This document shows positions 49,590-62,907 of a stretch of DNA of 64,000 bases, piece after piece; position 1 is the stretch's first letter, and every line of letters begins with the position of its first letter. A program made the position numbers and the translations under genes. Below the pieces are notes generated by a model, which worked only from the letters and a program-made list of their open reading frames with translations, was not told where the DNA came from and ran no database searches. This DNA comes from Octopus sinensis. Lineage: Eukaryota. The stretch lies in contig NC_043017.1 in the NCBI RefSeq assembly GCF_006345805.1, positions 32,922,001 through 32,986,000 on the forward strand. The letters run 5' to 3'.

Positions 49590-50345
49590 AACATCACCGT
49601 CACCACCACCACCACTACCACCACCACCATCACCATTCTACCATCTCATGACCACCTCTACCACAATCATCATCATCATCATCATAATCATCACCATCAT
49701 ATCATTGCCAGTGTTATCATCCTCATTGCCATTATTGTCATCATCATCATCATCATCATCCTTGCCATCATCATCTTCATCATCATCATCGTCATTATTG
49801 TCATCCACGTCATCATCATCATCATCATCCTTGCCATCATCATCAGCATTATCATCATCATCAACATCATCATCTTCATCATCATCATCGTCAACATCAC
49901 CATCATCATCATCCTTGCCATCATCATCAGTATTATCATCATCATCAACATCATCATCTTCATCATCATCATTATCAACATCATCATCATTATCGTCCTT
50001 GTCATCATTATTGCCATTGTTGTCGTCATTATCATCATCATCATCATCATCATCCTTGCCATCATCATCTTCATCATCATCATCGTCATTATTGTCATCC
50101 ACGCCATCATCATCATCATCATCCTTGCCATCATCATCTTCATCATCATCATTATCAACATCATCATCATTATCGTCCTTGTCATCATTATTGCCATTGT
50201 TGTCGTCATTATCATCATCATCATCATCATTGCAATTGTTGTCATCATTATCATCATTGTCATTGCCATCGTCGTCATCATCATTATCATCATTGTCATC
50301 TTCATCATCATCATGATCTCCCACCTCCTCCTCCTCCTTCTCATC
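49590..50345. repeat. (CAT)n-based trinucleotide tract with higher-order duplications
   Basis: Blocks such as TCCTTGCCATCATCATCTTCATCATCATC and ATTGCCATTGTTGTCGTCATT recur. Confidence 0.95.
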
Positions 50346-50575
50346 ATCACCGTAACTGTCACTTCTCTGTACTCACACTGGTCAGACAGACCCATTCACA
50401 GAAGCAGATTTTCTGAAGCCTGATGCTCTTCCTGTTGCCAATCCTCAAAGCAATATTTTCCCTACAGCCAAACATGTTTCTCACAGAAGACTGGAAATAA
50501 ACTACACTGCTTGTATGACACTGATGCTCGTTCACAACCATCACAAGATATTTGACCAGCGTACATATAAAAAAA
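50345..50575 (-). mobile_element. RTE-tailed retroposon (family D2) abutting the (CAT)n tract
   Basis: Homologous to 35222-35455 (GCAGATTTTCTGAAGCCTGATGCTCTTCCTGTTGCCAATCCTC). Confidence 0.6.
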
Positions 50576-51007
50576 TACACACACACACACATGTATATAA
50601 TGTATGTTCTTTCTTATGAAATATATCACCATGATCACTGTAACCGACCAGGCTATCAGATGTTGCTTCACATCGCTGGTCACAATGCGCTTCACATTGT
50701 TTTAGCAAACCCGAGATAAAAGATAAGAATTAAGATATAAACTCAAATTAGGCAATCATGGTCATATATTTATTAATTTGACTTAAAATGCATGTACATA
50801 TATTAATACATATCAACACATATGAATATTTTAATAAAAAAATTTTTTAAATATAAATACATACATATATATATATATATTTATATATATAAAATCAAAA
50901 TGAGGGTGAAAATTGGATATTAATTTGATAACATCAATTTTAACACCAGTGGTCTAGCATATAAAAAATCAGATTCAGTAAATAGTATTACATACATAAA
51001 TATAAGA

Positions 51008-51176
51008 GGGAATTTTTTACCACTATGTGGAAACCCTTATGCTAGAAGAAGATCTGCTATGGTCTTAATTACTAAGAATTGTTCTCTAAATTTTCTAGAG
51101 AACAATTCTTAGTGGTTAAGACCATAGCGGATTTTCTTCTAGCATAAGTTTTTCTTCATAGTGGTAAAAAATTCCC
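51008..51176. repeat. Inverted repeat (~80-bp arms, 7-nt spacer)
   Basis: GGGAATTTTTTACCACTATG...GAATTGTTCTCTA versus TAGAGAACAATTC...CATAGTGGTAAAAAATTCCC. Confidence 0.9.
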
Positions 51177-51484
51177 TATATATATAAATGCATGTGGAAG
51201 GAAGTGTGAGAAAAAGATTACTGATAAAAAGAGGACTGAAAAAAATTTTTTGTACTAAATTTAGAGCATTTAAGAGTTTCAATTAAAAGATCAATAGAGT
51301 TCGATGTTTTTTCTAAATATAAATAAGGTATATAATACAGTTCAAGAGGTTCACTTTCAATGGCCATTTCTAGAATTCATGTCCTGGTAGAAAAATTGAT
51401 AAATCTCACAAATCATTTGAACAACGTTCCTTCTTCAGGAAAAATATCCTCATAAAATCACATTCTTGATACTGTGTATAGCTA

Positions 51485-51975
51485 CTACATATGTTGAAAA
51501 TCGATGTGTGTCTGTTTGTGGTGTTGTTATCTAACTCCTCCTACATCGTTTTATTGATTTTGATGAAACTTGACACGTGAGTAGAACTCATACTTAGATT
51601 GTTGAAAATATTGATAATACGGCCCCTGGAAGGGATCTTTATATCTACTTCATACAACTAATTATTTTATTTAAACACCCAAGGAAAATAACCCATATAA
51701 CCTGTACAATATTTTTTCAAACACCCAAGGGAAGTAACCCATTTCATTGTTTATATTTGATTACTTTGAATATTGATTTCTTGTGTGTCCTATTTCTAAT
51801 TTTTGCAGGCAATATCACTTTTATACTTTATTTGACACATGAGTAAAACTCATGTCTCGAAACCTCGTGTGATACTTAAATTGTTGAAAAAAAATCGATA
51901 ATAGGGCCCTTCCAATGTATCCTTCTATCTACTACATATAACTAATATTTAAACAACCAAAGGGAAATAACCCAT
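51485..51975 (+). mobile_element. Possible Helitron/HINE-like non-autonomous element with an internal duplication
   Basis: AAAATCGATGTGTGTCTGTTTG...TAACTCCTCC...GATTTTGATGAAACTTGACAC; a ~130-bp segment recurs at ~51570 and ~51830. Confidence 0.4.
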
Positions 51976-52159
51976 GCCACCTGCAGATTTTAGCGAAGCG
52001 ATCAGCATTTGATTCTCATGATCAGCTGACCTTATTCTGCATTTCACTTCCCAGAATAAGTCCTGGGGTCGATTTGCTCGGCAAAGGTGGTCTTCCAGCA
52101 TGGCCACAGTCAAAATGATTGAAACAAGTAAAAGTGTAAAGAGTAAGAGTATACACATA

Positions 52160-52530
52160 TGTCATCATCATCATTTAATATCTGTTGTCCATGTTTGAAT
52201 GGGTTGGCCAGTTTGACCAGAGATGAGAAGCTGGGGAGCTGCAACAGACCCCAGTCTGATTTGGCATGGCTTCTACAGCTGAATGCCCTTCCGAACATCA
52301 ACCCCTTTACAGTGTGTGCCAAGTGCCTTTACAAGGCACTGCACAGGGGTTTTTAATGTGGTGCTGCAAGAGTGCTTTACACCACCAGAGGGACAGCTCT
52401 TAACACTTCTGTTGCGATGTACAGCAAGATACCAGGTATCTCGGTCCTTTGTTATCTCATCTGAAAGGTTCACTCTCTTGAGGTTGTTCTTCAGTACTGC
52501 CTCATATATCTTCCTGGGTCTTCCACATCT
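52160..52530 (-). mobile_element. RTE LINE 3' end (ORF end and UTR)
   Basis: RCGRPRKIYEAVLKNNLKRVNLSDEITKDRDTWYLAV followed by a family C tail. Confidence 0.75.
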
Positions 52531-52559
52531 ATGTGCTGCTTATACTCATCACTTAAAGT

Positions 52560-52945
52560 GGATGGAAAAGACATAGGTCAAAGCACTGAAGGCTGATGTC
52601 AAAACACTGAAGTTTACAAAGGATATGACGAAGGACCAAGATATGTGGAGCATTTCTGTACTCAAGCAGACCCACCCACCATAAGAGAACTAAGATACTA
52701 AAACTAAACTGCCATGTAAAAAGCATTGGTGTAGGTGGTTGGGCCACATAAAAGCACTAGTGATGGTGCCATATAAAAAAGCACCCAGTACACTCTGTAA
52801 AGAGGTTGGCATTAAGAAGGGTATCTATCTGTAGAAACCAAACCAAAACAGGCTGTGGAACCTGATGCAGCCCCTGACCTTGCTAGTTCCTGTCAAACCA
52901 TCCAACTAATGCCAGCTTGGAAAACAGACATTAAGTGTGATGGTG
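52560..52945 (+). mobile_element. RTE LINE 3' end (ORF end and UTR), opposite orientation to 52160-52530
   Basis: KADVKTLKFTKDMTKDQDMW..., then GGTTGGCATTAAGAAGGGTATC...CATCCAACTAATGCCAGC. Confidence 0.7.
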
Positions 52946-53056
52946 ATATTGTTAAAATTATATATATATATATATTTATAATAATTATTTGAGGGAATAT
53001 TATTCCTAACTTACAGGGAAAAATTCAATTAGAAATACTAAATCAAATTTCACAAA

Positions 53057-53103
<47 letters not shown>

Positions 53104-53167
53104 TAGATGGTATAATGTAATTGTTCATTTTGAATTGATAAAAGGTGTTTTTTCCTAATTTATATAT

Positions 53168-53227
<60 letters not shown>

Positions 53228-53484
53228 TATATATATGTATATATTTTTATATTTATGTATATAGGTAAACACATTCCCATGATGGATAGCTTTCATTTTC
53301 CACCCAGGCTTCTACACACGCACACACACATGAATATATACATATGTGACAGGCTTCTTTCAGATCCACCCACAAAGCTTTGGTTGTCCCAATGCTATAG
53401 AAGATACTTGCCCAAGGTGACTGAACCCAGAACTGTGTGGTTGGGAAGCAATTTTCTTATCACAAAGTTTCACCAGCACTTATA

Positions 53485-53989
53485 TCATCATCATCAGCAT
53501 TGTTTAACGTCCGCTTTCCATGCTGGCATGGGTTGGACGAATGACTGAGAGCTGGCGAACCAGATGGCTGCACCAGGCTTCAATCTTGATCTGGCAGAGT
53601 TTCTACAGCTGGATGCCCTTCCTAACGCCAACCACTCCGTGAGTGTAGTGGGTGCTTTTACGTGCCACCAGCACAGGGCCAGTCAGGTGGTACTGGCAAT
53701 GACCTCGCTTGAATCTTTTACACATGCCACCGGCACAGGTGCTAGTAGGGCGATGCTGGTAATGATCACGCTTGAATGGTGTCTTTTATGTTCCACCGGC
53801 ACGGAGGACAGATAGCCGCTCTGGCAACGATCATGCTCAGATGGTGCTCTTAATAATTTACTAGCATGGGGCTCGAGTGCCAGTAAGGTGACGCTGGTAA
53901 CGATCACGCTCGAATGGTGCCTTTTAAGTGCCACTGGCACAGAAGCCGGTTAGCCACTCTGTCAATGATCACACTCGTATGGTGCTCTT

Positions 53990-53990
<1 letters not shown>
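53485..53990 (-). mobile_element. RTE family C 3' UTR with about four 65-70-bp internal units
   Basis: Repeated GATCACGCT(T/C)GAATGGTG.CTTTT..GTGCCAC.GGCAC units after the tail. Confidence 0.85.
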
Positions 53991-54024
<34 letters not shown>

Positions 54025-54893
54025 GTATGTACACATAGCTCAGTGTTTTTGTATCATCACAGAGGATAATACTATCAGCCCTGGTCTTCCTAAGAAGATT
54101 TGCTGTACAATTGTTTGCCGTCCATAATATTCCTGCTTCTTTTGATACCAATCTCTGCAAATAACAAAATCTATATTACCAGTCAATACAAAATACTTCC
54201 ACTGAGTACAATCAATAAAAGCAATTTTTAAAGCTGCATTTAACCATTTTAGTGAGAGACTTTCAGCATAAAAGCTTTGGGGTTTTCAACTGCTAAATTA
54301 ATAGCCATGTATATTGACCTATTGACCGTACCCTATAGCTATTTATCAGCATTCTAAATGCTTTGGACAAGGAAAAATCTATTTCCCTCTTCTCTCTCAA
54401 TTGCATACACACACACATATCTAATGCATATATATATGTGTGTGTATATATGTTTGTATTATATAGGAATGAGATGCAGTATATTTTTGAGGTGTATATG
54501 TGAGTGCTCGTATCTGCATACACAAATTTAGATAACCATGGTTGTATGTTACTTTTTCCAGTTGCTATTGCAAATTTAAAATTATACAAATGTATGCATA
54601 GATATATATGAGTCTGCACGTCTGTACATACATGCTCACACATATATGGGTGCAAACACACACACATATACATTCATGTATAGACATGTATAAGTAAAAA
54701 TGTATGGTGTGTATTCATATATGTGCATCTTTATGCATGCATAATTGCATATATTATGGGGTTTACAGGCATATTTCCCATCCTACAGATGCATTAATTG
54801 ACATACATATAAACCTACACACATTCATAAAAGTAAATAAGCATAAAAGAAGACAACCCCATATCCATTTGCGCACACATTCCAATTTGTGAG

Positions 54894-54931
<38 letters not shown>

Positions 54932-54967
54932 CATGTGTGGTTCACATATATAAATATATTCTCTCTC

Positions 54968-55358
54968 TCTTTACTCTTTTACTTGTTTCAGTCATGCTGG
55001 AGCACCACCTTTAATCGAGCAACTCGACCCCAGGACTTATTCTTTTGTAAGCCCAGTACTTATCCTATTGGTCTCTTTTGCCAAACCGCTAAGTTACAGG
55101 GACGTAAACACACCAGCATCGGTTGTCAAACAATGCTAGGAGGACAAACACAGACACACAAACACACACACACACACATATATATATATACACATATGTA
55201 CGACGGGCTTCTTTCAGTTTCCGTCTACCAAATCCACTCACAAGGCTTTGGTCGGCTCGAGGCTATAGTAGAAGACACTTGCCCAAGGTGCCATGCAGTG
55301 GGACTGAACCCGGAACCATGTGGTTGGTTAACAAGCTACTTACCACACAGCCACTCCT
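54968..55358 (-). mobile_element. SINE family B, full length
   Basis: Matches 5063-5462. Confidence 0.9.
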
Positions 55359-55734
55359 GCACCATATATGTATGTGTGCATTTACTTAGACAGATACCTG
55401 CTCTGATGCATATTTAAAATATGCATGCATTCCTGTCAGTTTCTGCATAAGAGTATCTGATATTCTCTCTCACAAGAACATCACTAATGATCAACATTAG
55501 TCCTCTACATTTAGTTGGCTCAAACATTTCTCGGTGAAGTCTGTCATTATGTGAGACCAGTCTTAACACTAAACATAGGAGTCCAGAGAAGGTCAGTACG
55601 ACTGTTTATTGAAATTATAGAAAATTCTAAGATAATTGGTGAATGCAGAGTACTTAGTATCCATTCTTTTCTTGCTTATATTCTTGGTATTTCCGTATTG
55701 CTCTCATCTGATATGGTGCAAACCTACCTTTTCT

Positions 55735-56012
55735 CTTTTTTTTTCTCTTTTTACTTGTTTCAGTCATTTTGACTGCGGCCATGCTGCAGCACCACCTTTA
55801 ATCGAGCAACTCGACCCCGGGACTTATTCTTTGTAAGCCCAGTACTTATTCTACCGGTCTCTTTTGCCGAACCGCTAAGTGACGGGGACGTGAACACACC
55901 AGCATCGGTTGTCAAGCAATGCTAGGGGGACAAACACAGACAAACAAACATACACGCACATACATATATAGATATATATATACGACAGGCTTCTTTCAGT
56001 TTCCGTCTACCA
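55735..56012 (-). mobile_element. SINE family B, head truncated
   Basis: 3' half and spacer present; stops at CTACCAAATTT. Confidence 0.85.
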
Positions 56013-57168
56013 AATTTTATGGCGTTTTTATTTTGTGTTGAGGGTATCTTATTCAACCATTAACGAGCATTAAATTGTTCAGAGCACAGAACGTGATTTG
56101 GAAGATATTTGGCCAGTATTTGTAATGAGTCGAATGACCGCACAGAAGCACTCTCTTTGGTTTGATGTGCGAGGTTGTGAGGTGGAAGGACATCTAAAGT
56201 TAATTACACATTAATACATATTTCTGTACATAAAAAAATCAAATTGTCCAGTTTATTGCACCAGTGCATAAGGTAAGTATTCGTATAAATAGTTTTGTCT
56301 TTTAGCTCGGAGTGAGCTGAACAGTTTTATCTGCACAACAAAGCTTTTTCAGCCTCTCACAGTTCTGATGAAAAACAGATGCAATCAGCTTGATCAAATA
56401 CCATCTTTTGAGTCATGGCACACCATTTGTTTTGTTTTTGTTTTTTTTTTTCATATATAAGCAGAGAAAACTGCCAACAGAAATATATAAGTTTAGGTAT
56501 AAAAACCTGCAAAGAAGTAAAATATCTACTTGATAGATTTCTTCAGCTTTTCCATAAACTTTTTCAATGATGATTGATGAGAATAAGCTAAAAGTTATTC
56601 TCTTCTAGCAGCATCATTTTCCCAGCTATTTTTATTCTTTTCCCATCTATTTTTTGCTCATGTTTTATTTTTACCCCAAACACACCCACTCTCTTTGCCA
56701 ATGTTTATGGTGAAGGTTTCTGTGCCAACTTAATGACTCAAAGGTTTTTTTTTTATGGTACAGTATAAATAATTTTATTAGCCCCTAAAGGATTCTGGAA
56801 TAATTCTAGCATTTGCTGCTTATGTTTTATGTGCATATGAAAAACTGTAAATAACTTGACTAAATATTCGTTTTATTTTGCTTCTTATTTATAATTTTAG
56901 ATTTATTTCTTCAATCTGCTTGGGTTACTGTTTTACTTCGTTCACCTTTCTGCAGAATTCTTATTCTTTCCACCTATTTTAACATCCCCACACATCTGCA
57001 TATTACACACACACACACATACATCTATGCATACACATATATAAAACAAGAATATTAACAACTGTTATATTCAATACACGAATGTGTTCAGTTTCCTTTT
57101 TCTTTTTTCAAGGTTTTTTGTCATAATTTCTTATACCTTTCTTGCCGTATATTTGGAAGAGTATATAT

Positions 57169-57390
57169 TTCTTTACTACCCACAAGGGGCTAAACATAGA
57201 GGGGACAAACACGGACAGACAAACGGATTAAGTTGATTACATCGATCCCGGTGTGAGACTGGTACTTTATTTATCGACCCCAAAAGGATGAAAGGCAAAG
57301 TCGACCTCGACGGAATTTGAACTCAGAATGTAACAACAGACAAAATACCGCTAAGAATTTCGCCCAGCGTGCTAACGTTTCTGCCAGCTC
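57169..57390 (-). mobile_element. SINE family A
   Basis: Reverse complement of 325-556. Confidence 0.85.
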
Positions 57391-57685
57391 ACCACTGGCA
57401 GAGTATCGTTCCCAACTCCTGCACCAATGTTTCAAGACACTTGTGGTCTCATCTACAAGATGAAGTAATTTTGGAATGTGGGCCAATATGATTTGTGTTG
57501 AGACTTTGCCATCACTGTTTGATTGATGACTGTTAAGTTTTTTTTTTTGTCATCATTAATCAATTTTTTAGTTTTGTTTCTGATTGGAGCATTTTGTGTT
57601 TGTTATAGTGTCGCATTGTGCTATGAGTAATATTTCCGTATTTATGTATATTTTGTGAGAAATTCTGTAGAGTATACATGTGTTG

Positions 57686-57792
57686 GGCAGCGAGCTGGCA
57701 GAAACGTTAGTGCGCCAGGCAAAATGCTTAGCGGTATTTCATCTGTCGTTACGTTCTGAGTTCAAATTCGGCCGAGATCGACTTTGCCTTTC
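57686..57792 (+). mobile_element. SINE family A, 3'-truncated
   Basis: GAGCTGGCAGAAACGTTAG...GACTTTGCCTTTC. Confidence 0.8.
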
Positions 57793-57804
57793 TCTTTTTC
57801 CAAA

Positions 57805-58340
57805 TAAGAAATCCTCACTGGGTCCCGGATATTTGTCTGCTGCAGTCGTGCTGACTTACTTAGCTGTGAGAATTGTTGTTTGGTGGACGTGTCTCACCAC
57901 CAAAATTTGTGAAAATTTTGAAAATTCAACCAATTCGTGGAGGATTTTTTGTGTGTTCCTGCTGCTACTGTGAGCCGGAGAACCATTTTTTGGGGGGAAT
58001 ACCTGTGTGCCAGGATTACAGAGTTGCCAGAATTTTGTTGCCGTGACTTGAACTGTCTTCCTTCGCTCTTTTTCTCTCCTCTATCTTTCTGTTCTTTTTT
58101 GTGTATTTGGATTTTCCTTTCTTTTCTGCAATCATGGTAAAGAAGATAAACACAGCTTTGGAGTGGGAGATTGTACCCACCCCCAACCAGTGGGTAAAAG
58201 ACTTCAATGGGAAAACATTGTTGTTGAGGACGTATTCCAAGTCTTTCGACACCATTACTGTGTTCTCTCAAATTGAGATTGAAAAGGAGTTGGCAGAATA
58301 TCTACCAACTATTAAGTTTATTGCAAGGGGTGTCAAATAG
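57805..58340 (+). mobile_element. Putative LINE 5' UTR and ORF1 N-terminus (ORF 58134-58340), 3'-truncated
   Basis: Non-repetitive open frame MVKKINTALEWEIVPTPNQWVKDFNGKTLLLRTYSKSFDTITVFSQIEIEKELAEYLPTIKFIARGVK* after a pyrimidine-rich leader. The L1/Tx1-type ORF1 assignment is a recalled resemblance, not a search result. Confidence 0.4.
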
Positions 58341-58411
58341 TCAAGAATGCGATGGTGTGGTTGCTATTTGACACCCCTGTCACCATGTATGCATACAATT
58401 ATGCACTTTGA

Positions 58412-58822
58412 CTCTTTACTCTTTTACTTGTTTCAGTCATTTCACTGTGGCCATGCTGGAGCACCGCCTTTAATCAAGCAACTCGACCCCGGGACTTATT
58501 CTTTTGTAAGCTCAGTACTTATTCTATTGGTCTCTTTTGCCGAACCGCTAAGTAATGGGGACATAAACACACCAGCATCGGTTGTCAAGCAATGCTAGGG
58601 GGACAAACACAGATACACAAACACACACACGCATACGTATATATATATATTTATATACATATATACGACGGGCTTCTTTCAGTTTCTGTCTACCAAAAAT
58701 CCACTCACAAGGCTTTGGTTGGCTCGAGGCTATAGTAGAAGACACTTGCCCAAGATGCCACGCAGTGGGACTGAACCCGGAACCATGTGGTTGGTAAACA
58801 AGCTACTTACCACACAGCCATT
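58412..58822 (-). mobile_element. SINE family B, full length
   Basis: Matches 5063-5462. Confidence 0.9.
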
Positions 58823-58944
58823 CCTAGCATTAGGGCATTTAGCTCTTATTTCTAGCAATGTAGGTGTTTCTAACACCCTAGTCACATTTGTTTCCTTTTG
58901 GGTATTCATTGCTTGCTGCTACCTTAATTATTATATACTCTTTT

Positions 58945-59310
58945 ACCCTTTTACCAGTTCCAGTCATCTGACAGTGGCCATGCTGGAGCACTGCCTTTAG
59001 TCAAACAAATCAATCCCAAGACTTATTCTTTGTAAGCCTAGTAGTAATTCTATCAGAACCTTTTGCCGAACTGCTAAGTTATGGGGACATAAACACACCA
59101 GCATGGGTTGTAAACCTATGGTGAGTGGACAAGCATAGACACACACATATACGATGGGCTTCTTTTAGTTTCCGTCTACCAAATCTACTCACAAAGCCTT
59201 AGTCAGCCTGAGGCTTATAGCAGAAGACACTTGCCCAAGGTTCCATGCAGTGGGATTGAACCCAGTACCATGTTGTTGGTAAGCAAGCTACTTACCACAC
59301 AGCCACTCCT
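58945..59310 (-). mobile_element. SINE family B, full length, more diverged
   Basis: Matches the family consensus with more substitutions. Confidence 0.85.
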
Positions 59311-59370
59311 GAGCCTATATATATGTGTGTGCGTGTGTGTATTTGCATGCATGAATGTGTGTGTGTGTTA

Positions 59371-59403
<33 letters not shown>

Positions 59404-59573
59404 CTACAGATGGAGAAGGACATACTACCACCATGTTCTTAATGATGAAATTAACCTCTGTGTCTATATATCTACCCTCTTTGTAATGTTGGCAAATTAA
59501 ATAAGTGTATAAATGTGCATTGTCCATTGAATTAAAAAATCCTATCTGTGGCTGAAGATTGCTCGACATTTTA

Positions 59574-59756
59574 AAACTGATGTAATACTTACAGTGTTTA
59601 ATAAAATGAAGTAGCATGAATCGATTGTACTACTCTACCTTGGATATCCTTGTTGCTAATATATTCAAAATAAGCAACAAGGATATCCAAGGTAGAGTAG
59701 TACAATCGTTTCATGCTACTTCATTTTATTAAACACTGTAAGTATTACATGAGTTT
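59574..59756. repeat. Inverted repeat (~80-bp arms, 15-nt spacer) of the 40690-40825 family
   Basis: ATGTAATACTTACAGTG...CCTTGTTGCT versus AGCAACAAGG...CACTGTAAGTATTACAT. Confidence 0.92.
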
Positions 59757-60205
59757 CTCCCTTTCTCCCTAAAACAATGGAAAACAACACAAATCTGTCA
59801 GACAATCCCAAAAGTTACAAGACAAAGGTTATTACCGAAGCACTCTGAACATGGAAATAAAAACATTGTCCTCAGAAGTGAAGAATGAAAACCTCCACAG
59901 ACATCTTGCCTCACCCTGCTTTCACTCAATATAATGGAAAGTTTGCTCTGCAGCATTCTTTCTGACTCTCTATGCTCTTAGGTGATGGTCTGTTGGAGTC
60001 AAATTTGCCTTTCATTCTTTCAGGGTCTATGAATAAAATACCAGTTCTGAACTGAGGTCGATGTTTGTGTTTCTCTTTCAAGAAAACCTGGAGAGAAATG
60101 GGTTCCACCAGTTCCAAAAATGGTTAAAAATAAGCAGAATATTCAATCATGGAAGTGCTACTACATCTCCAACATATAGATGAATAGATAAAGACTTGTA
60201 TATAC

Positions 60206-60259
<54 letters not shown>

Positions 60260-60603
60260 ATATATACATATATATAAAATATTAGAAAAAAAACACATTT
60301 TTATCAATTCAAAATGAATAATTAAATTACACCATCTCGAAAAATATAATAGAAAAGTTAAAATTAAAATAACAATTGAAAAGTAAAGATTAAGTAAATT
60401 ACAAGAATAATATAATGTATATAATAGGTATAATATAAAGTATATAATGTATATAATATTATATAATAATATAATGTATATAATATATATTGTTGTGGAA
60501 TTTGATTTAGTATTTCTAAATTGAATTCATTTTCCTTGTAAGTTTTGGATTATATTCCCTCAAATAATAAAAACACATATATAAAGACTTATATATACAT
60601 ACA

Positions 60604-60656
<53 letters not shown>

Positions 60657-60811
60657 GCATACATAAATACACAAATCATATAAAATGTTACAATAAAAAC
60701 CACAATTTTTCTTAAATACAGCTACCCAGGTTTTATCATAACATTATCTTTACTCTGTTAGTTGATCAAATGCTTTTCTCATTGTTGAAGAAGCCTTACC
60801 ACACAATATAT

Positions 60812-60872
<61 letters not shown>

Positions 60873-61259
60873 CATATGTACACTGATTATATATTTCCAT
60901 GTTTAGTGTTGTTTAATTTGGTGTTGTTTCTTATTTATTATTTATTGTTCTCGTGATTATTATTACTGTTATTATTATCATTATTATTATTATTGCACAT
61001 TTCTCTTCAATCTCTTCTACAATTCCGTTCTCTGATTGGTTACACACAATATGTCATAAAACTCAGCAAGACTCAGCAGTAAATATTTCAAGTTCTGTTT
61101 TTTTTTATCCTTCAGTTCACAATATTTTTTTCTCACCATATTCAAGAAAGCTGTTCGTTTATTCCTAGTTCTTGTTCCAAAACCATTGCTACTCATTACA
61201 ATCATAACATTTTCTTCCCCACAAAATATATGCTGCTTTAATCTTTATTTATTCTTTTC

Positions 61260-61468
61260 CTTATTCTTTTACGTGTTTCAGTCATTTGACTGTGGCCATG
61301 CTGGAGCACCGCCTTTAGTCGAGCAAATCGACCCCCGGGGCTTATTCTTTGTAAGCCCAGTACTTATTCTATCGGTCTCTTTCTGCCGAACCACTAAGTG
61401 ACGGGGATGTAAACACATCAGCATCGGTTGTCAAGCAATGCTAGGGGGACAAACACAGACACAAAAAT

Positions 61469-61501
<33 letters not shown>

Positions 61502-61672
61502 CACACATATATACGACAGGCTTCTTTCAGTTTCCGTCTACCAAATCCACTCACAAGGCATTGGTCGGCCCGGGGCTATAGTAGAAGACTCTTGCCCAAG
61601 ATGCCACGCAGTGGGACTGAACCCGGAACCATGTGGTTGGTTAACAAGCTACTTACCACACAGCCACTCCTG
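61260..61672 (-). mobile_element. SINE family B, full length
   Basis: Matches 5063-5462. Confidence 0.9.
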
Positions 61673-61899
61673 CTTACATCTCTGATTAAAGTATTAGTTT
61701 ATTGTAAAATATCCAGGAGCTTATGATGGCAACCACCAAACTCAAAATTACCGTTTCTATGATTTATAATTTTTCTAGGCAACGTGGTCTGAAGTCTACT
61801 TTGCCTATTGCAACCCTATAGCATCTCAATCATCAATTTACACTAAAAATATTACTATTACTTGTTGATATTTTTTCAGTGTTTTAGTAGGGAATTTGG

Positions 61900-62055
61900 T
61901 CGTGGCTGTGTGGTAAGAAGCTTGCTTTCCAACCACATGGTTCCAGGTTCAGTCCCACTGCATAGCACTTTGGGCAAGTGTCTTCTGCTATAACCTTGGG
62001 TCGAACAAAGCCTTGTGAGTTGATTTGGTAGACGGAAACTGAAAGAAGCCTGTCA
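61900..62055 (+). mobile_element. SINE family B head half
   Basis: GTGGCTGTGTGGTAAGAAGCTTGC...GGAAACTGAAAGAAGCCTGTC. Confidence 0.85.
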
Positions 62056-62304
62056 TGTGTGTGTGTGTACATATATATATATAAACAAATATGAAAAATC
62101 AACTAAAATGCATATTGCAAATAGAAAAAGGCTATTTATGACAGGTAACGACAAATATATACATTTAGATTGACTGAGGTAGTCATAAAAGTCATAAAAG
62201 TCATTATTATGAGATGATTATTAGATGATAATAAAGTAAGAACAAAACGAACCAATGGCTTACGCGAAGGCTATTCATCGTTTGAACAACACCGGTTAAT
62301 ATAT

Positions 62305-62499
62305 ATATATAGGGAGAGTTTACGAAAAAACAAAAGACGAAGACAGGTGGTGTACAAAACAAACAGATGTATTAGTATAACGCTCAGGAATAGAAAAAAT
62401 CTTTTACGTTCCGAGCCTACGCTCTTCTACAGAAAGAGATACAGAAAAAACAAGGAGAGAAAAAAAAAGTGTGTAGTGGCTAACGATCTATCATAGCGA

Positions 62500-62500
<1 letters not shown>
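62305..62500 (-). mobile_element. Penelope-LTR-type repeat, sister of 1785-1995
   Basis: Reverse complement of 1785-1995; motif TCTTT-CTGTAGA-A-GAGC(GTAG)GCTC-GGAA-CGT-A-AAAGA. Confidence 0.6.
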
Positions 62501-62546
<46 letters not shown>

Positions 62547-62569
62547 GTATCTGTCAATGCATGTGTGTC

Positions 62570-62782
62570 TTTATAATTGTGTTTACCTCCTTACCACCAT
62601 TTGACAGCTGGTGTTGATGTGTTTACGTCCCCCATAACATAGTGGTTCAGCAAAGAGAGACTGATAGAATAAGCACCAGGCTTATACAAATATAAGTCCT
62701 GGGGTCAATACAATCGACTAAAGAAATTCTTCAAGGCAGTGCCCCAGCATGGCTGCAGTCTCATGACTGAAACAGGTAAAAG
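62570..62782 (+). mobile_element. SINE family B 3' half
   Basis: GTGTTTACGTCCCCATAAC...CCAGCATGGCTGCAGTC...GACTGAAACAGGTAAAAGA. Confidence 0.8.
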
Positions 62783-62907
62783 ATATATTTATATATCAAA
62801 TTAAATACACAACCGAAAGAGATACCAATAGTTTCATGCTATTATGATCCTTGAGCAGGCATATTTTTAAAATATGCCTTGTATCTCAAATCAATCTTCC
62901 AGGCTCT

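Noticed and set aside
51008-51176. Hammerhead in the 51-kb palindrome (CTAGAAGA-AGATC...GGTCT)
   Set aside because: Core has an insertion and lacks GAAA; kept only as an inverted repeat.
51380-51480. Weak Merlin-like C-terminal peptide on the minus strand
   Set aside because: Too short and degenerate; no DDE motif or TIR identified.
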